A stretch of 64,000 nucleotides of DNA, taken from positions 608,001 to 672,000 of the forward strand of contig CAWJIM010000019.1 in the NCBI GenBank assembly GCA_963842945.1, written 5' to 3'. The notes under the pieces are model-generated. The model saw nothing but the letters and a program-made list of their open reading frames with translations, ran no database searches and was not told the DNA's origin. Positions 31,831 through 41,811 of this stretch are shown here, piece after piece (positions within the stretch are counted from its first letter, which is position 1; each line of letters starts with the position of its first letter). The DNA comes from an uncultured Gemmatimonadales bacterium. Its GTDB lineage: Bacteria; Gemmatimonadota; Gemmatimonadetes; Gemmatimonadales; GWC2-71-9. Both the position numbers and the translations under genes were made by a program.

Positions 31831-32835
31831 ATGGACCCTTTGGAGTTGACGCGCGCCCTCGTGGCGCTGGAAACACCGACCGGCTCGGAGCAGCCGGCGA
31901 TCGACCTCCTCGAGGGGATCCTCCGGCGCGCCGGGTATCGGACCTCGCGCCAGCCGGTCTCGCGCGGCCGGGACAACCTGTACGCCTACCGGGAGACGCC
32001 GGAGCTGGTCTTCTCGACCCACGTGGACACCGTCCCTCCCCACCTGCCGCTGGTGGAGGACGAGGTCGCGATCCGGGGAAGGGGCAGCTGCGACGCCAAG
32101 GGCCTGGCGGCGGCGATGGTGGCGGCCGCGGAGCGGCTGGCCGCCGGGGGCGAGCGCCGGATCGGGCTCCTCTTCGTAGTCGGCGAGGAGAACGGGTCCG
32201 ACGGCGCCCGCGCGGCGGCCGATTTCGGTCCCCGCGGCCGGTTTCTCATCAACGGCGAGCCGACCGAAAACCGCCTGTCCATCGGGCAAAAGGGCACGCT
32301 TCGCGTGGACCTCACCGCGACCGGGCGGGCGGCCCACTCGGCCTATCCGGAGGATGGCTCCAGCGCGATCGCGGCGCTGCTGGACACCATCGAGCGGATC
32401 CGCCGGATACCCCTGCCTCACGATGCCCTGCTCGGCCCTTCCACGCTGAACCTCGGTCTGATCGACGGCGGGGTCGCGCCCAACGTGATCCCACCATTCG
32501 CATCCGCACAGCTCCTGGTGCGGACCGTCGAGCCGACCGGACCTCTCCGGGCGATGATCACCGAGCAGCTCGCACCCGGTGTCAGCGTCGCGTTTCCTGT
32601 CGAGCTCCCCTTCCACAAGTCCGGCGGAGCGCCGCCCGGATGGGACACGACCGTCGTGCGTTACGCCAGCGACCTGCCCTTTCTCTCAGCCTGGGGCGAA
32701 GGCTTCCAGATGGGCCCGGGCTCGATCCGTGTGGCCCACACAGCCAAGGAGCACATCCTCAAGGCCGACCTGCTGCGCGGGGTGGACCTCTACGTCCGCC
32801 TGGCCGCCGACCTCCTCTCCCGCGAGGCGCCATGA
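31831..32835 (+). CDS. M20 ArgE/DapE-family deacylase (DapE role likely from context)
   Basis: HVDTV, GRGSCDAKG, GEE, GEPT and AHT motifs. Confidence 0.88.
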   Translation: MDPLELTRALVALETPTGSEQPAIDLLEGILRRAGYRTSRQPVSRGRDNLYAYRETPELVFSTHVDTVPPHLPLVEDEVAIRGRGSCDAKGLAAAMVAAAERLAAGGERRIGLLFVVGEENGSDGARAAADFGPRGRFLINGEPTENRLSIGQKGTLRVDLTATGRAAHSAYPEDGSSAIAALLDTIERIRRIPLPHDALLGPSTLNLGLIDGGVAPNVIPPFASAQLLVRTVEPTGPLRAMITEQLAPGVSVAFPVELPFHKSGGAPPGWDTTVVRYASDLPFLSAWGEGFQMGPGSIRVAHTAKEHILKADLLRGVDLYVRLAADLLSREAP

Positions 32836-33893
32836 GCGCGAAGATCCCGGTCTGCATCCTCGGCGCCACCGGCACGGTGGGCCAGAAGTTCGTGCGGCTC
32901 CTGGCCGACCACCCCTGGTTCGAGATCGCCGCCGTGGCGGCGTCGTCCGCCAGCGCGGGCAAGCGCTTCGGCGACGTGGTGCGGTGGAGGGAGCAAAGCG
33001 ACCTGCCGCCCGCGATCGCGGATCTCACGATTGCCGAGTGCGCGCCGCCGCTCCCGGGGGCAGTGGCCTTCTCCGCGCTCGATGCCGAGGTGGCCGGGCC
33101 CATCGAGCAGGCCTTCGCCCGCGCGGGGGCGTACGTGGTCACCAACACCCGCACGCATCGCATGGAGCCGGACGTTCCACTCCTCATTCCCGAGGCCAAC
33201 GCCGATCACCTGGTACTGATCGACCGCCAGCGCGAGGCACGCGGGTGGAGCGGCGCCATCCTCGCCAACCCCAACTGTTCCACCGCGGCCCTCGCGCTCG
33301 CGCTCGCACCGCTGCACCGGGCCTTCACGATCGAGCGTCTGTTCGTCTCCACGATGCAGGCGGTGTCGGGCGCGGGGTACCCCGGAGTGCCTTCGCTCGA
33401 CGCGCTGGGCAACGTGATTCCTCATATCGGGGGCGAGGAGGAGAAGATCGAGCGCGAGAGCCGCAAGATCCTCGGCGCCCTCGGGCCCGTCGGCGTGGAG
33501 CCGGCCGACTTCGCGGTGAGCGCGCACACCAACCGGGTCGCGGTCATCGATGGACACCTGGAGACGGTCTCGGTCGGGTTCCGCCGGCGTGTTACGCCGG
33601 AAGACGCGATCGCGGTCCTGAAGGAGTTTCGCGGCTCGCCGTGCGTGGCCGGACTCCCTTCGTCGCCCAATCCGCCCGTCGAGGTGGACGCGCGCGCCGA
33701 CCGGCCGCAACCTCGCCTCGATCTCGATCGCGGGCGGGGGATGGCGGTGACGGTGGGCCGCATCCGGCCCTGCCCGATCCTCGATCTGCGCATGGTCGTT
33801 CTCGGCCACAACACCATCCGGGGCGCCGCGGGGCAGGCGGTCCAGATCGCCGAGCTGCTGGTGGCGGACGGTCGGCTGGGTCAGCGCACATGA
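32832..33893 (+). CDS. asd: Aspartate-semialdehyde dehydrogenase
   Basis: LGATGTVGQ, NPNCST, QAVSGAG and HNTIRGAAG motifs. Confidence 0.95.
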   Translation: MSAKIPVCILGATGTVGQKFVRLLADHPWFEIAAVAASSASAGKRFGDVVRWREQSDLPPAIADLTIAECAPPLPGAVAFSALDAEVAGPIEQAFARAGAYVVTNTRTHRMEPDVPLLIPEANADHLVLIDRQREARGWSGAILANPNCSTAALALALAPLHRAFTIERLFVSTMQAVSGAGYPGVPSLDALGNVIPHIGGEEEKIERESRKILGALGPVGVEPADFAVSAHTNRVAVIDGHLETVSVGFRRRVTPEDAIAVLKEFRGSPCVAGLPSSPNPPVEVDARADRPQPRLDLDRGRGMAVTVGRIRPCPILDLRMVVLGHNTIRGAAGQAVQIAELLVADGRLGQRT

Positions 33894-33919
33894 TCGTCAG
33901 CAAGTTCTTCGGCGACTGA
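33890..33919 (+). pseudogene. Vestige of aspartokinase (lysC): MIVSKFFGD*
   Basis: ATGA overlap with the asd stop; MIVxKF matches the aspartokinase N-terminus (KFGG). Confidence 0.6.
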
Positions 33920-33962
33920 CCGCTGGCTCCCGCGGTTCTCATAACCCAGACCGATCCAACGA

Positions 33963-34658
33963 ATGCAGATCGTGATCGTAGGCAACGGCAGGATGGGACG
34001 CGCGGTGGCCGCGCTCGCAGCGGAGCGTGGCCATGCCGTGCGCGTCATCGGACGCGAGGAGAACGCGGGCGGCGCCGCGCTGACTCCCGAGCGGCTCGCC
34101 GGAGTGGACATCGCGATCGAGTTCACCCGGCCCGATGCCGTCGCCGGCAATCTCGAGCGGCTGATCGAGGCCGGTGTTCCGACCGTGACCGGCACGACCG
34201 GCTGGACTGCCGAGCTGCCCCGGATCGAGCGCCTGGTACGGAGTCGCGGGGGCGCGCTCCTCTACGCAGCAAACTTCTCGATCGGCGTGCACCTCTTTCT
34301 CCGCGCGGCGCGGGAGCTCGCCACGCTCTTCGCAAAGCGTCCGGAATTCGGCGCCTTTATACTGGAGGAGCATCACGCGGGGAAGCTCGACGCGCCGTCG
34401 GGCACCGCGGCGCTGCTGCGGGAGAAGGCTCGTGAGGCCGATCCAGCGCGCGAGTTTCCTATCACCTCGGTGCGCGCCGGCTTCATCCCCGGCACCCACC
34501 AGCTGACGTACGACGGACCGCACGAGAGCGTCTCCCTCAGCCACGTGGCCCGGAGTCGCGCCGGGTTCGCGGTTGGCGCGCTGGCGGCGGCGGAATGGCT
34601 GCCGGGCCGTCCCGGATTCCACAGTTTCGAGGCGATGCTGTTCGGAGGAGCCGGATGA
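33963..34658 (+). CDS. dapB: 4-hydroxy-tetrahydrodipicolinate reductase
   Basis: GRMG, GTTG, NFSIG and EEHHAGKLDAPSGTA motifs. Confidence 0.95.
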   Translation: MQIVIVGNGRMGRAVAALAAERGHAVRVIGREENAGGAALTPERLAGVDIAIEFTRPDAVAGNLERLIEAGVPTVTGTTGWTAELPRIERLVRSRGGALLYAANFSIGVHLFLRAARELATLFAKRPEFGAFILEEHHAGKLDAPSGTAALLREKAREADPAREFPITSVRAGFIPGTHQLTYDGPHESVSLSHVARSRAGFAVGALAAAEWLPGRPGFHSFEAMLFGGAG

Positions 34659-35539
34659 CGCGTCTGCAGGGCTGCGGTACCGCGCTGGTCACGCCGTTCA
34701 CCGAGCGCGGCGAGGTGGACTACGCCGCGCTGCGCGCGCTGGTGGAGTGGCAGATCGCCGAGGGGATCGACTTTCTGGTGCCCTGCGGCTCCACCGGCGA
34801 GGCGCAGACGCTCGAGGACGCCGAGCGCGAGCGAGTCGTGGCGATGGTGGTGGAGACCGCCGCCGGCCGTGTTCCGGTGATGGCGGGCGCCAGCAGCAAC
34901 GACACCAGCCGCGCCGTGGCCGAGGCCCGCCGAATGTGCCGCGTCGGCGCCGACTACATCCTCACCGCGACACCCTACTACAACAAGCCCAGCCAGGGCG
35001 GACTCCACCGGCACTTCAGCGCCGTCGCCGACGCCTCCTCCAAGCCGATCTGCCTCTACAACGTACCGGGCCGCACGGCCGTGAATCTCCAGCCCGGGGT
35101 CACCCTGCAGCTCGCGGAGCACCCCAACGTCATGGGCATCAAGGAGGCGAGCGGCGACCTCGCGCAGATCATGCAGATCCTCCAGGGCCGCCCGGACGAC
35201 TTCAGCGTGCTCTCGGGCGACGACTGGCTCACGCTGGCCGTCATCGCGGCCGGTGGCGATGGCCTCGTCTCGGTCGCGTCGAACGAGCTGCCCGGCCAGA
35301 TGCGGGCCATGGTGGCCCTCCTGCTCTCTGGCGAGTTCGAGAAAGCCAGGGAGTGGCACTACCGCCTGCTCCCCTTGATGGAGGCGAATTTCCTGGAGAG
35401 CAACCCGGCCCCGGTGAAGGCGGCTCTCGCCCTCGCCGGCCGGATCAGCAACGAGCTGCGATTGCCGCTGGTGCCGGTCACCGAGAAAACCCGCGCGACA
35501 CTCGCCGCCGTGCTGAAGAAACTAGGGGTCGAGGTCTAG
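34655..35539 (+). CDS. dapA: 4-hydroxy-tetrahydrodipicolinate synthase
   Basis: ALVTPF, GSTGE, PYYNKP, YNVPGRT and GIKEAS motifs. Confidence 0.96.
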   Translation: MTRLQGCGTALVTPFTERGEVDYAALRALVEWQIAEGIDFLVPCGSTGEAQTLEDAERERVVAMVVETAAGRVPVMAGASSNDTSRAVAEARRMCRVGADYILTATPYYNKPSQGGLHRHFSAVADASSKPICLYNVPGRTAVNLQPGVTLQLAEHPNVMGIKEASGDLAQIMQILQGRPDDFSVLSGDDWLTLAVIAAGGDGLVSVASNELPGQMRAMVALLLSGEFEKAREWHYRLLPLMEANFLESNPAPVKAALALAGRISNELRLPLVPVTEKTRATLAAVLKKLGVEV

Positions 35540-36388
35540 TGGTGGCCGATCCGAGGGCGCTACGGGCGGAGCTGGAGCGCTTCGCCGAGGAGGTTCCCTC
35601 GGGCCAGGAGCCTGCGGCGCTGGAGGCGTTCCGGGCACTCAAGGCGGAGCTCAACGCCGGCCGGGTGCGGGCGGCGGAGCGCGGCGCGGATGGCTCGCTG
35701 GCGAGCCAACGCATGGGTGAAGGCGGGCATCCTGCTGGGCTTCCGCCTGGGACAGGTCGGGCCGGCGGCCCCCGGCAGCCCCTTCCCCTTCTTCGACAAG
35801 GACACCTACCCGCTCCGCGCCCTCGGACCCCAGGACGGGGTACGGGTGGTGCCCGGTGGCTCCGCGATCCGGGATGGGTGCTATCTCGGCCGCGGCGTGG
35901 TGTGCATGCCGCCGATGTACGTGAACGTCGGCGCCTATGTGGACGACGGGACGATGATCGACAGCCACGCGCTGGTGGGCTCCTGCGCGCAGATCGGCAA
36001 GCGGGTCCACCTCTCGGCCGCGGCACAGATCGGCGGCGTGCTGGAGCCCGTGGGCGCGCTGCCGGTCGTGATCGAGGACGACGTGCTGGTGGGCGGGAAC
36101 TGCGGCGTATACGAGGGCACCGTGGTACGGGAGCGCGCGGTGCTGGCGCCAGGCACGATCCTCACCGGCGGCACGGTGGTGCTCGATCTGGTGCGCGACC
36201 GCACCTACCGCCGCGAGGAGGACCGCCCGCTCGAGATCCCCGCCGGCGCGGTGGTGGTGCCGGGGACCAGACCGGTGCGGAGCGGACCGGGCAAGGACGC
36301 GGGCGTCTCGCTGTACGCGCCGGTGATCGTGAAGTATCGCGACGAGAAGACGGACACGGCGGTTCGACTCGAGGAGCTGCTGCGCTGA
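35539..36388 (+). CDS. dapD: Tetrahydrodipicolinate N-succinyltransferase; frameshift near 35697
   Basis: [10 protein letters not shown], then [20 protein letters not shown] and IGGVLEP. Confidence 0.93.
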
Positions 36389-36398
36389 TGGCGGAGCC

Positions 36399-36820
36399 AT
36401 GACCACCCACACCCACTATCTCTGGTTCGAGACCAAGAAGCGGCAGGAGATCATCGACATCACCGAGCAGGTCGCGGAGCAGGTGCGAGCCAGCGGCGTG
36501 CGCGAGGGGATGGTCCTGGTCTCGGCGATGCACATCAGCGCGTCGGTGTTCGTCAACGACCACGAATCCGGGCTCTGGCACGACATCCTGGAGTGGCTCG
36601 AAGGCACCATCGCGCCCTGGGACCCGGCGCGCTACCGGCACAACGAGACCGGCGAGGACAACGCCGCCGCGCACCTCGGAGCCTCACCGTCGGCCACGAG
36701 GTCATCGTGCCGATCACCGGCGGCAAGCTCGACTTCGGGCCCTGGCAGCGGGTGTTCTACGGGGAGTGGGACGGCCAGCGGCGGAAGCGGGTGATCATCA
36801 AGGTGATGGGGGAGCGCTGA
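36399..36820 (+). CDS. yjbQ: YjbQ/UPF0047 protein; frameshift near 36678
   Basis: [23 protein letters not shown], then LDFGPWQ..EWDGQR. Confidence 0.9.
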
Positions 36821-36827
36821 CGCGGGT

Positions 36828-39746
36828 CTAGGATTCGCCGGCCAGACGCGCCAAGGCCTCCCTCGCCTCGGTCACGTAGGGCTGCAACTGCGCATCCGCG
36901 TGCCGCCACGCGTCCGCGACATACTGGTAGTCACGTGACGCCTTCGCCCGATCGCCCACCCGTTCAGCCACCCGGGCGCGCTCCAGCGCCCAAAGCACCT
37001 GGCTGGGCACCTCGAGGTCGATGAGCCATCGGTCCAGGAGCCTTGTCGCTTTCTCGTCGTCGTGCCGGGCGGAGAGGAGCTGCACCAGAGTCAATCGCTC
37101 CAGGTAACAGACGACACACAGCGACTCCGGGAGCGACTCGAGACGCCGGATCGCGGCCGCGGTGTCGCGTCGCACCAGATCCAGATAAGCGAGCGCGGCG
37201 TCGTGCGTATAGGCCGCGATATCCCGGTCGACCCCTTTCGTCGTCGAGCGGGACACGGTGCCGCTGGTGCGTGCGAGCTGCCGAATCGAGGCGCTGTCCC
37301 CCTGTGCCGCCCACCAGGGCAGGGCGTGGGCCGCCGCGAGGACCGGGCCTGCCGACAGCCAGCGGTGGAACACGACGGCTGCGCTGTCCGGAGGCTCCGC
37401 GCTCAGGAGCGCCGCCTCCACCAAGTGTGGCGGTATGCTCCCCGGATTCTGAAAGAGAATCCTCGCCCCATCGTGGACATGGCCGCGCAACAGCAGGGCG
37501 GTCCCGACCCGGCGTTCCCTGTCTTGTTTTGTGACTCGACTCCACATCCTCGGCCGGGCTGGCCGCCAGTGCGCGCGCTACCGCGACTGCCGTTTCGCCC
37601 GGGTCCATGAAGTGTCGAAATGCCAGCCAGGGCATCGTCCAGCACATCCGGGCGAGGCGTCCCGCAGCAGGCTGCGGAACCCGCTGCGGCTGAGTGTCCC
37701 CCGCCTCCAGCACCTGCCCTATCAATTCCATCCCTGAAGCCGAGACCCCAGTCGGGCCGAGCGCGAGGTAAGTTCTCGCGTACCGCCGGGCTGCCTCGGG
37801 ACCCTCGAGCCACAGCGCAAGCTCCACGGGATGGATGTAGGCAGGAGCGAAGGAGGAATCGAGCGCGATGGCCCGGTCGAAGGCCTCGAGTGCCTGGCGG
37901 GGTGAGCTCCCGACTCGGCTGCCGAAGTGATAGCGCGCCTCCCCGAGGGTATACCACGACTCGACGTCGTCGGGGTAGCGGCTGGTGAGCTCCTGCGCGA
38001 CTGCATGGGCCCGACGGACGACGGACCATTCGACCAGCGGAATCGTCGCATAGACCGTCGAGTGCAGAGAGTCGGAAGTGACCAGCAGGCTGTCTCTCGG
38101 GGCCAGCCCATGATTCAGCGCGCCGGCCCGCAACTTGAGTCGTAGGGAGAGCGGGTCGAAGGCCGAACGCTGCCAGCCCAGCACCTGCCCGGCGCGCCTG
38201 AGGGCGAGTGGAAACGTGCTGTCCAGCGCGATGGCGTGCTCGTAGTAGGCGAGGGCGGAGTCCCAGGCCGCCCGTCGGAACCATTGCTCGCCCTGAAGGA
38301 AAGCCTTGAGCGCCGGCAGCGAGGTCGCCCCCAGCGAGGTCGTTCGGAACACCTCGTTCCGCCGAGTGCGACCCAGCTCCCGGAGCAGCTTCACCGTGAG
38401 CGAGTCGGTCAGCCGATCCATGCGGTCGGCCGCATCGCGAAGCTCGAGCTCGGCGATCGGACGCTGTTCCTCGACGTCGAGTGCCGTCACGGTGAGCCGC
38501 ACCGAATCCGGACCGGTACCGATCAGACTCCCGAACACGAGGAGACCCGCGCGGGTGCGCTGGCCCAGTGCCATGGCGGACGGCAGGTCGGCCCGACCTC
38601 TCCACCGCCGGATCACCGTGGTCGGCGGCACGGTCCGCAGCGGGCCGGCGCCATCCAGGCTCCGGGACAGGAGGTCCACCAGACCCTCACGCCAGAGCGA
38701 GAGTCTCGGATCGGGCACATCGAATGGCGCGACGGCGATCAAATTGGTATCCAGCGGGGGAGCCTCCCCCCTTGCCGGGCGATGAAAAATCCGGCCAGGA
38801 CGACCCCGAGTCCGATGCCCACGGTTAGGAGCGCCTGGGAGCGGGGCCTCGAGCGCGACGGCACAGGCGCGGGTGTCACCTGCGTCGTGACGCCCGTCTC
38901 TCCCAAGGCACCGAGCGCCTCGAGCGCATGAACCAGCTCCTCCGCACTCTGCGGCCGATCGGCTGGTCGCTTCTCGAGACAACGCATGATCAAACTGGCG
39001 AGTGCCGGCGGGACGCTGGTCCGTGCGTGGGTCAACGGCGGGGGCGCCTGGGTGAGCTGTGCGGCGACGATCGCCTGGGGCGATGCGCCGAGGAACGGGG
39101 GACGGCCCGCCAGCATCTCGTAGCCCAGGACACCGAGAGCGTAGATGTCGGCGCGCTGGTCGGTGTGAGGATCCCCGGCTGCTTGCTCGGGCGCCATGTA
39201 GGTCGGGGTGCCGAGCGCGAGGCCGGTGGCAGTCACGGCCGTCGCGGGCCCCGCTTCGTCGAGCGCCTTGGCAACTCCGAAGTCGGTCACCAGGGCATGA
39301 TGCTCGGACAGTAGGACGTTGCCGGGCTTGATGTCGCGATGGACGAGGCCGTGCCGATGGGCATAGCTCAGCGCATCCGAGACGTCGCGCAGGATTCGCA
39401 GGGACTCCGCGACGGGAAGCTCGCCCTGACGTGCGAGTCTCGCTCGGAGGGACTCTCCCTCAACCAGGGGCATGGTGTAGTACAGCAGGCCGCCGGCCTG
39501 TCCTGCGCTGAGAAGCGGAACGATATGGGGGTGCTGGAGGGAGGCCGCGAGGTGGACCTCGCGATGGAAGCGGTCGGTGTTCACGCCGGCCGCGAGCTCC
39601 GGGGGAAGGACCTTGACCACCACCTTCCGCCCCAGCCCGGTCTCCTCGGCTATGAACACACGGCTCATCCCGCCGCCACCCAGCTCGCGCACGAGCAGGT
39701 AGCGGTCGGCCAGGGCGGCCCGGAGGTGATCGGAGAGGTCCGTCAG
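36828..39746 (-). CDS. Membrane Ser/Thr kinase with C-terminal TPR-like region; several frameshifts; probable CTG start
   Basis: LGGGGMSRV, HRDIKP, DFG and YMAPE motifs, a TM helix, then helical repeats across ORFs 38739-39692, 36964-38982 and 36828-37547. Confidence 0.88.
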
Positions 39747-39823
39747 GCTGAGGACTCGAGAGGGATACGCTGTAGGCTACTGCGGTGGTCCGCGGGCGGC
39801 CAGTGAGGCGCCCCCATGACGGC

Positions 39824-40192
39824 TCAGAGCGGCACCATCCCTCGGCGCATCCCCTCCCGCACCGCCTCCATTCTCCCGTGCACTCCCAGCTTGGCGAAGA
39901 TCGCCTCCAAGTGATGCTTCACGGTGGACCGACTGACGCCGAGCCGCCCTCCGATCATCCGGTTATCCAGTCCCTCGGCGGCGAGGGCGAGCACCTCGAG
40001 CTCTCGCGCCGTGAGCCTGTCGTGCGTCGCGGTCGGCAGCGACATCGGAACCGGCGTCGGCTCCGCCTCCCGGCACACGACATCGGCCTCGGCCTCGGAC
40101 CCGACGAGCCTGACCGACGCGTCAGTGCGAAGCGCTCGGATCAGCGCCGCGCGGCGCTCGGGATCCCGCACGGCGACCCATACCCTGATCAC
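39824..40192 (-). CDS. LuxR/NarL-type HTH regulator with a vestigial N-terminal domain
   Basis: LTARELEVL..G..N..IG..L..S..TVKHHL..IFAKL. Confidence 0.9.
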   Translation of the reverse strand: MIRVWVAVRDPERRAALIRALRTDASVRLVGSEAEADVVCREAEPTPVPMSLPTATHDRLTARELEVLALAAEGLDNRMIGGRLGVSRSTVKHHLEAIFAKLGVHGRMEAVREGMRRGMVPL

Positions 40193-40797
40193 GCCGGGAT
40201 GGCTTCGCTCCCGGCCTGCAGCAGTGCCCGGATGTCCGGGACCGGAACGGCCAGCGCGAGCCCTCCGAAGACCATCGTGTTGATGCCGATCACCCGCCCC
40301 TGGATGTCCACCAGCGGTCCGCCGGAATTCCCGGGGGCGAGCATGATGTCAGCCTGAATCCAGGACAGCTTGTGTGAGCGCGGGGTCATCTCCCACGCGC
40401 CGCGCAAGTGACCCATTGAATGCACGATGCCGGCGGTGACCGCGTTGGCCAGTCCGAGCGGGTGACCGATCGCAAGGACGAGCTGCCCCGGGCGCACCGT
40501 CGCGGTGTCGCCCAGGGTTGCGGGGGAGAGGTCACGCGAAGCGGCGGACGGGAGCGCGAGCAGGGCGAGGTCGCGACGATCGTCCGACCGCTCGATCGTC
40601 GCCTGGTACGCCGTCCGACGATGGCTCAGGATCCGCAGCCGGTTACCCGTCGCGCCACGAGCGACGTGCGCGTTGGTCACGACCACCAGCTCTCCGCCGC
40701 GCGAGAGGACCACGCCGGCTCCGCCCGAGCTGCCGGGCAGCACCTGCACCACGCTCCCTCGTACCGCCGCGGCGATCACGTCCAGGTTAGTGTCCAC
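40189..40797 (-). CDS. Trypsin-like S1C protease, no PDZ domain, no signal peptide
   Basis: TNAHV, DLALL and PGNSGGP triad motifs intact. Confidence 0.9.
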   Translation of the reverse strand: MDTNLDVIAAAVRGSVVQVLPGSSGGAGVVLSRGGELVVVTNAHVARGATGNRLRILSHRRTAYQATIERSDDRRDLALLALPSAASRDLSPATLGDTATVRPGQLVLAIGHPLGLANAVTAGIVHSMGHLRGAWEMTPRSHKLSWIQADIMLAPGNSGGPLVDIQGRVIGINTMVFGGLALAVPVPDIRALLQAGSEAIPA

Positions 40798-41710
40798 GCG
40801 GCCGCTCCCCGATCAGAACTTCAACCTGCTCCAGACGGCCTCCGCGCACCAGCTCCAGGGGAAGCGTGCGGCCGACCGTATCGCCGTCCAGCGCCTTGAG
40901 CACGTCTTCCGGCTCCGCGACCGGTCTTCCGGCGATCGCCATGATCACGTCTCCCACGAGCAGGCCTCCCGCGGCCGATGGGCCGTCCGGCTCGATCGAC
41001 ACGACGAGCAGTGCCCCACCCCGATCCAGGCCGAGTCGGGAGCGGAGCTGCTGCTGCAGCTCTACCGGCTGCATGGTGGCGCCGAGATAGCCGCGGCGGA
41101 CGTAGCCGCGACTCGCGAGCTGCCCGATCACCCGGTTCACGGTCTCGGCCGGCAGCGTGGTCGCATAGGGCCGACTCAGGCGGCCGGAGTTGATGCCGAG
41201 CACCTGCCCGGACGGATCGACGAGGGGGCCTCCGCCGAACCCGGGATAGAGGTTGACGTCGCTCAGGATCAGCCGGTCGATCTCACCCCCTCCCCAGGGA
41301 CGCCAGGCGCCACCGACCACGCTGACGGCGCCGAAGGCGGCACGCGCACCCGTATCGTCCAGCCGTGCCAGCGCGAGGACAAGATTCCCCGGTCTGAGCG
41401 CGCCGGCGTCTCCAAGGGTCGCCACCGACAGGACTCCGGTTGCGACTCTGAGCACGGCCACATCGGTGGACGGATCGCGCCCCTGGAGTGAGGCCTCGAT
41501 TCGCTTGCCGCTCGGCAGGGTCACCGTGATGTCACGGTCGCGACGGACGGTGCCGTTGGTGGTCACCACCAGGCCGTCTCGCCAGTGCACACCCGTGGAG
41601 GCCAGTTGGGGCCGGGCATGTACCGCGACGATGCTCTCGGCCCCGCGCTCGACGGCGCCGGCGAGCTGGTTGGACAGGTCGATCAGAGTCTGCGACTGTG
41701 GCTGCGACAT
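40787..41710 (-). CDS. HtrA-like pseudoprotease with PDZ domain
   Basis: TTNGTV lacks His; PGFGGGP lacks Ser; PDZ (RGYLG..GLLVGDVI) present. Confidence 0.85.
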   Translation of the reverse strand: MSQPQSQTLIDLSNQLAGAVERGAESIVAVHARPQLASTGVHWRDGLVVTTNGTVRRDRDITVTLPSGKRIEASLQGRDPSTDVAVLRVATGVLSVATLGDAGALRPGNLVLALARLDDTGARAAFGAVSVVGGAWRPWGGGEIDRLILSDVNLYPGFGGGPLVDPSGQVLGINSGRLSRPYATTLPAETVNRVIGQLASRGYVRRGYLGATMQPVELQQQLRSRLGLDRGGALLVVSIEPDGPSAAGGLLVGDVIMAIAGRPVAEPEDVLKALDGDTVGRTLPLELVRGGRLEQVEVLIGERPRGH

Positions 41711-41787
41711 ACGTCTGCTCCCGCGAGGATCTTATCACCATGCCTTCGGTGTTGATCCAAGGATATCGCGGGGCGTCGGAGGGCGAA

Positions 41788-41803
41788 TCGGCCAGGTGGC
41801 CGA
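41788..41803. promoter_or_regulatory. 7-2-7 inverted repeat, putative LuxR/NarL operator
   Basis: TCGGCCA-GG-TGGCCGA; minus-strand TATCCT at 41760-41765. Confidence 0.6.
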
Positions 41804-41811
41804 GGAGGGGC

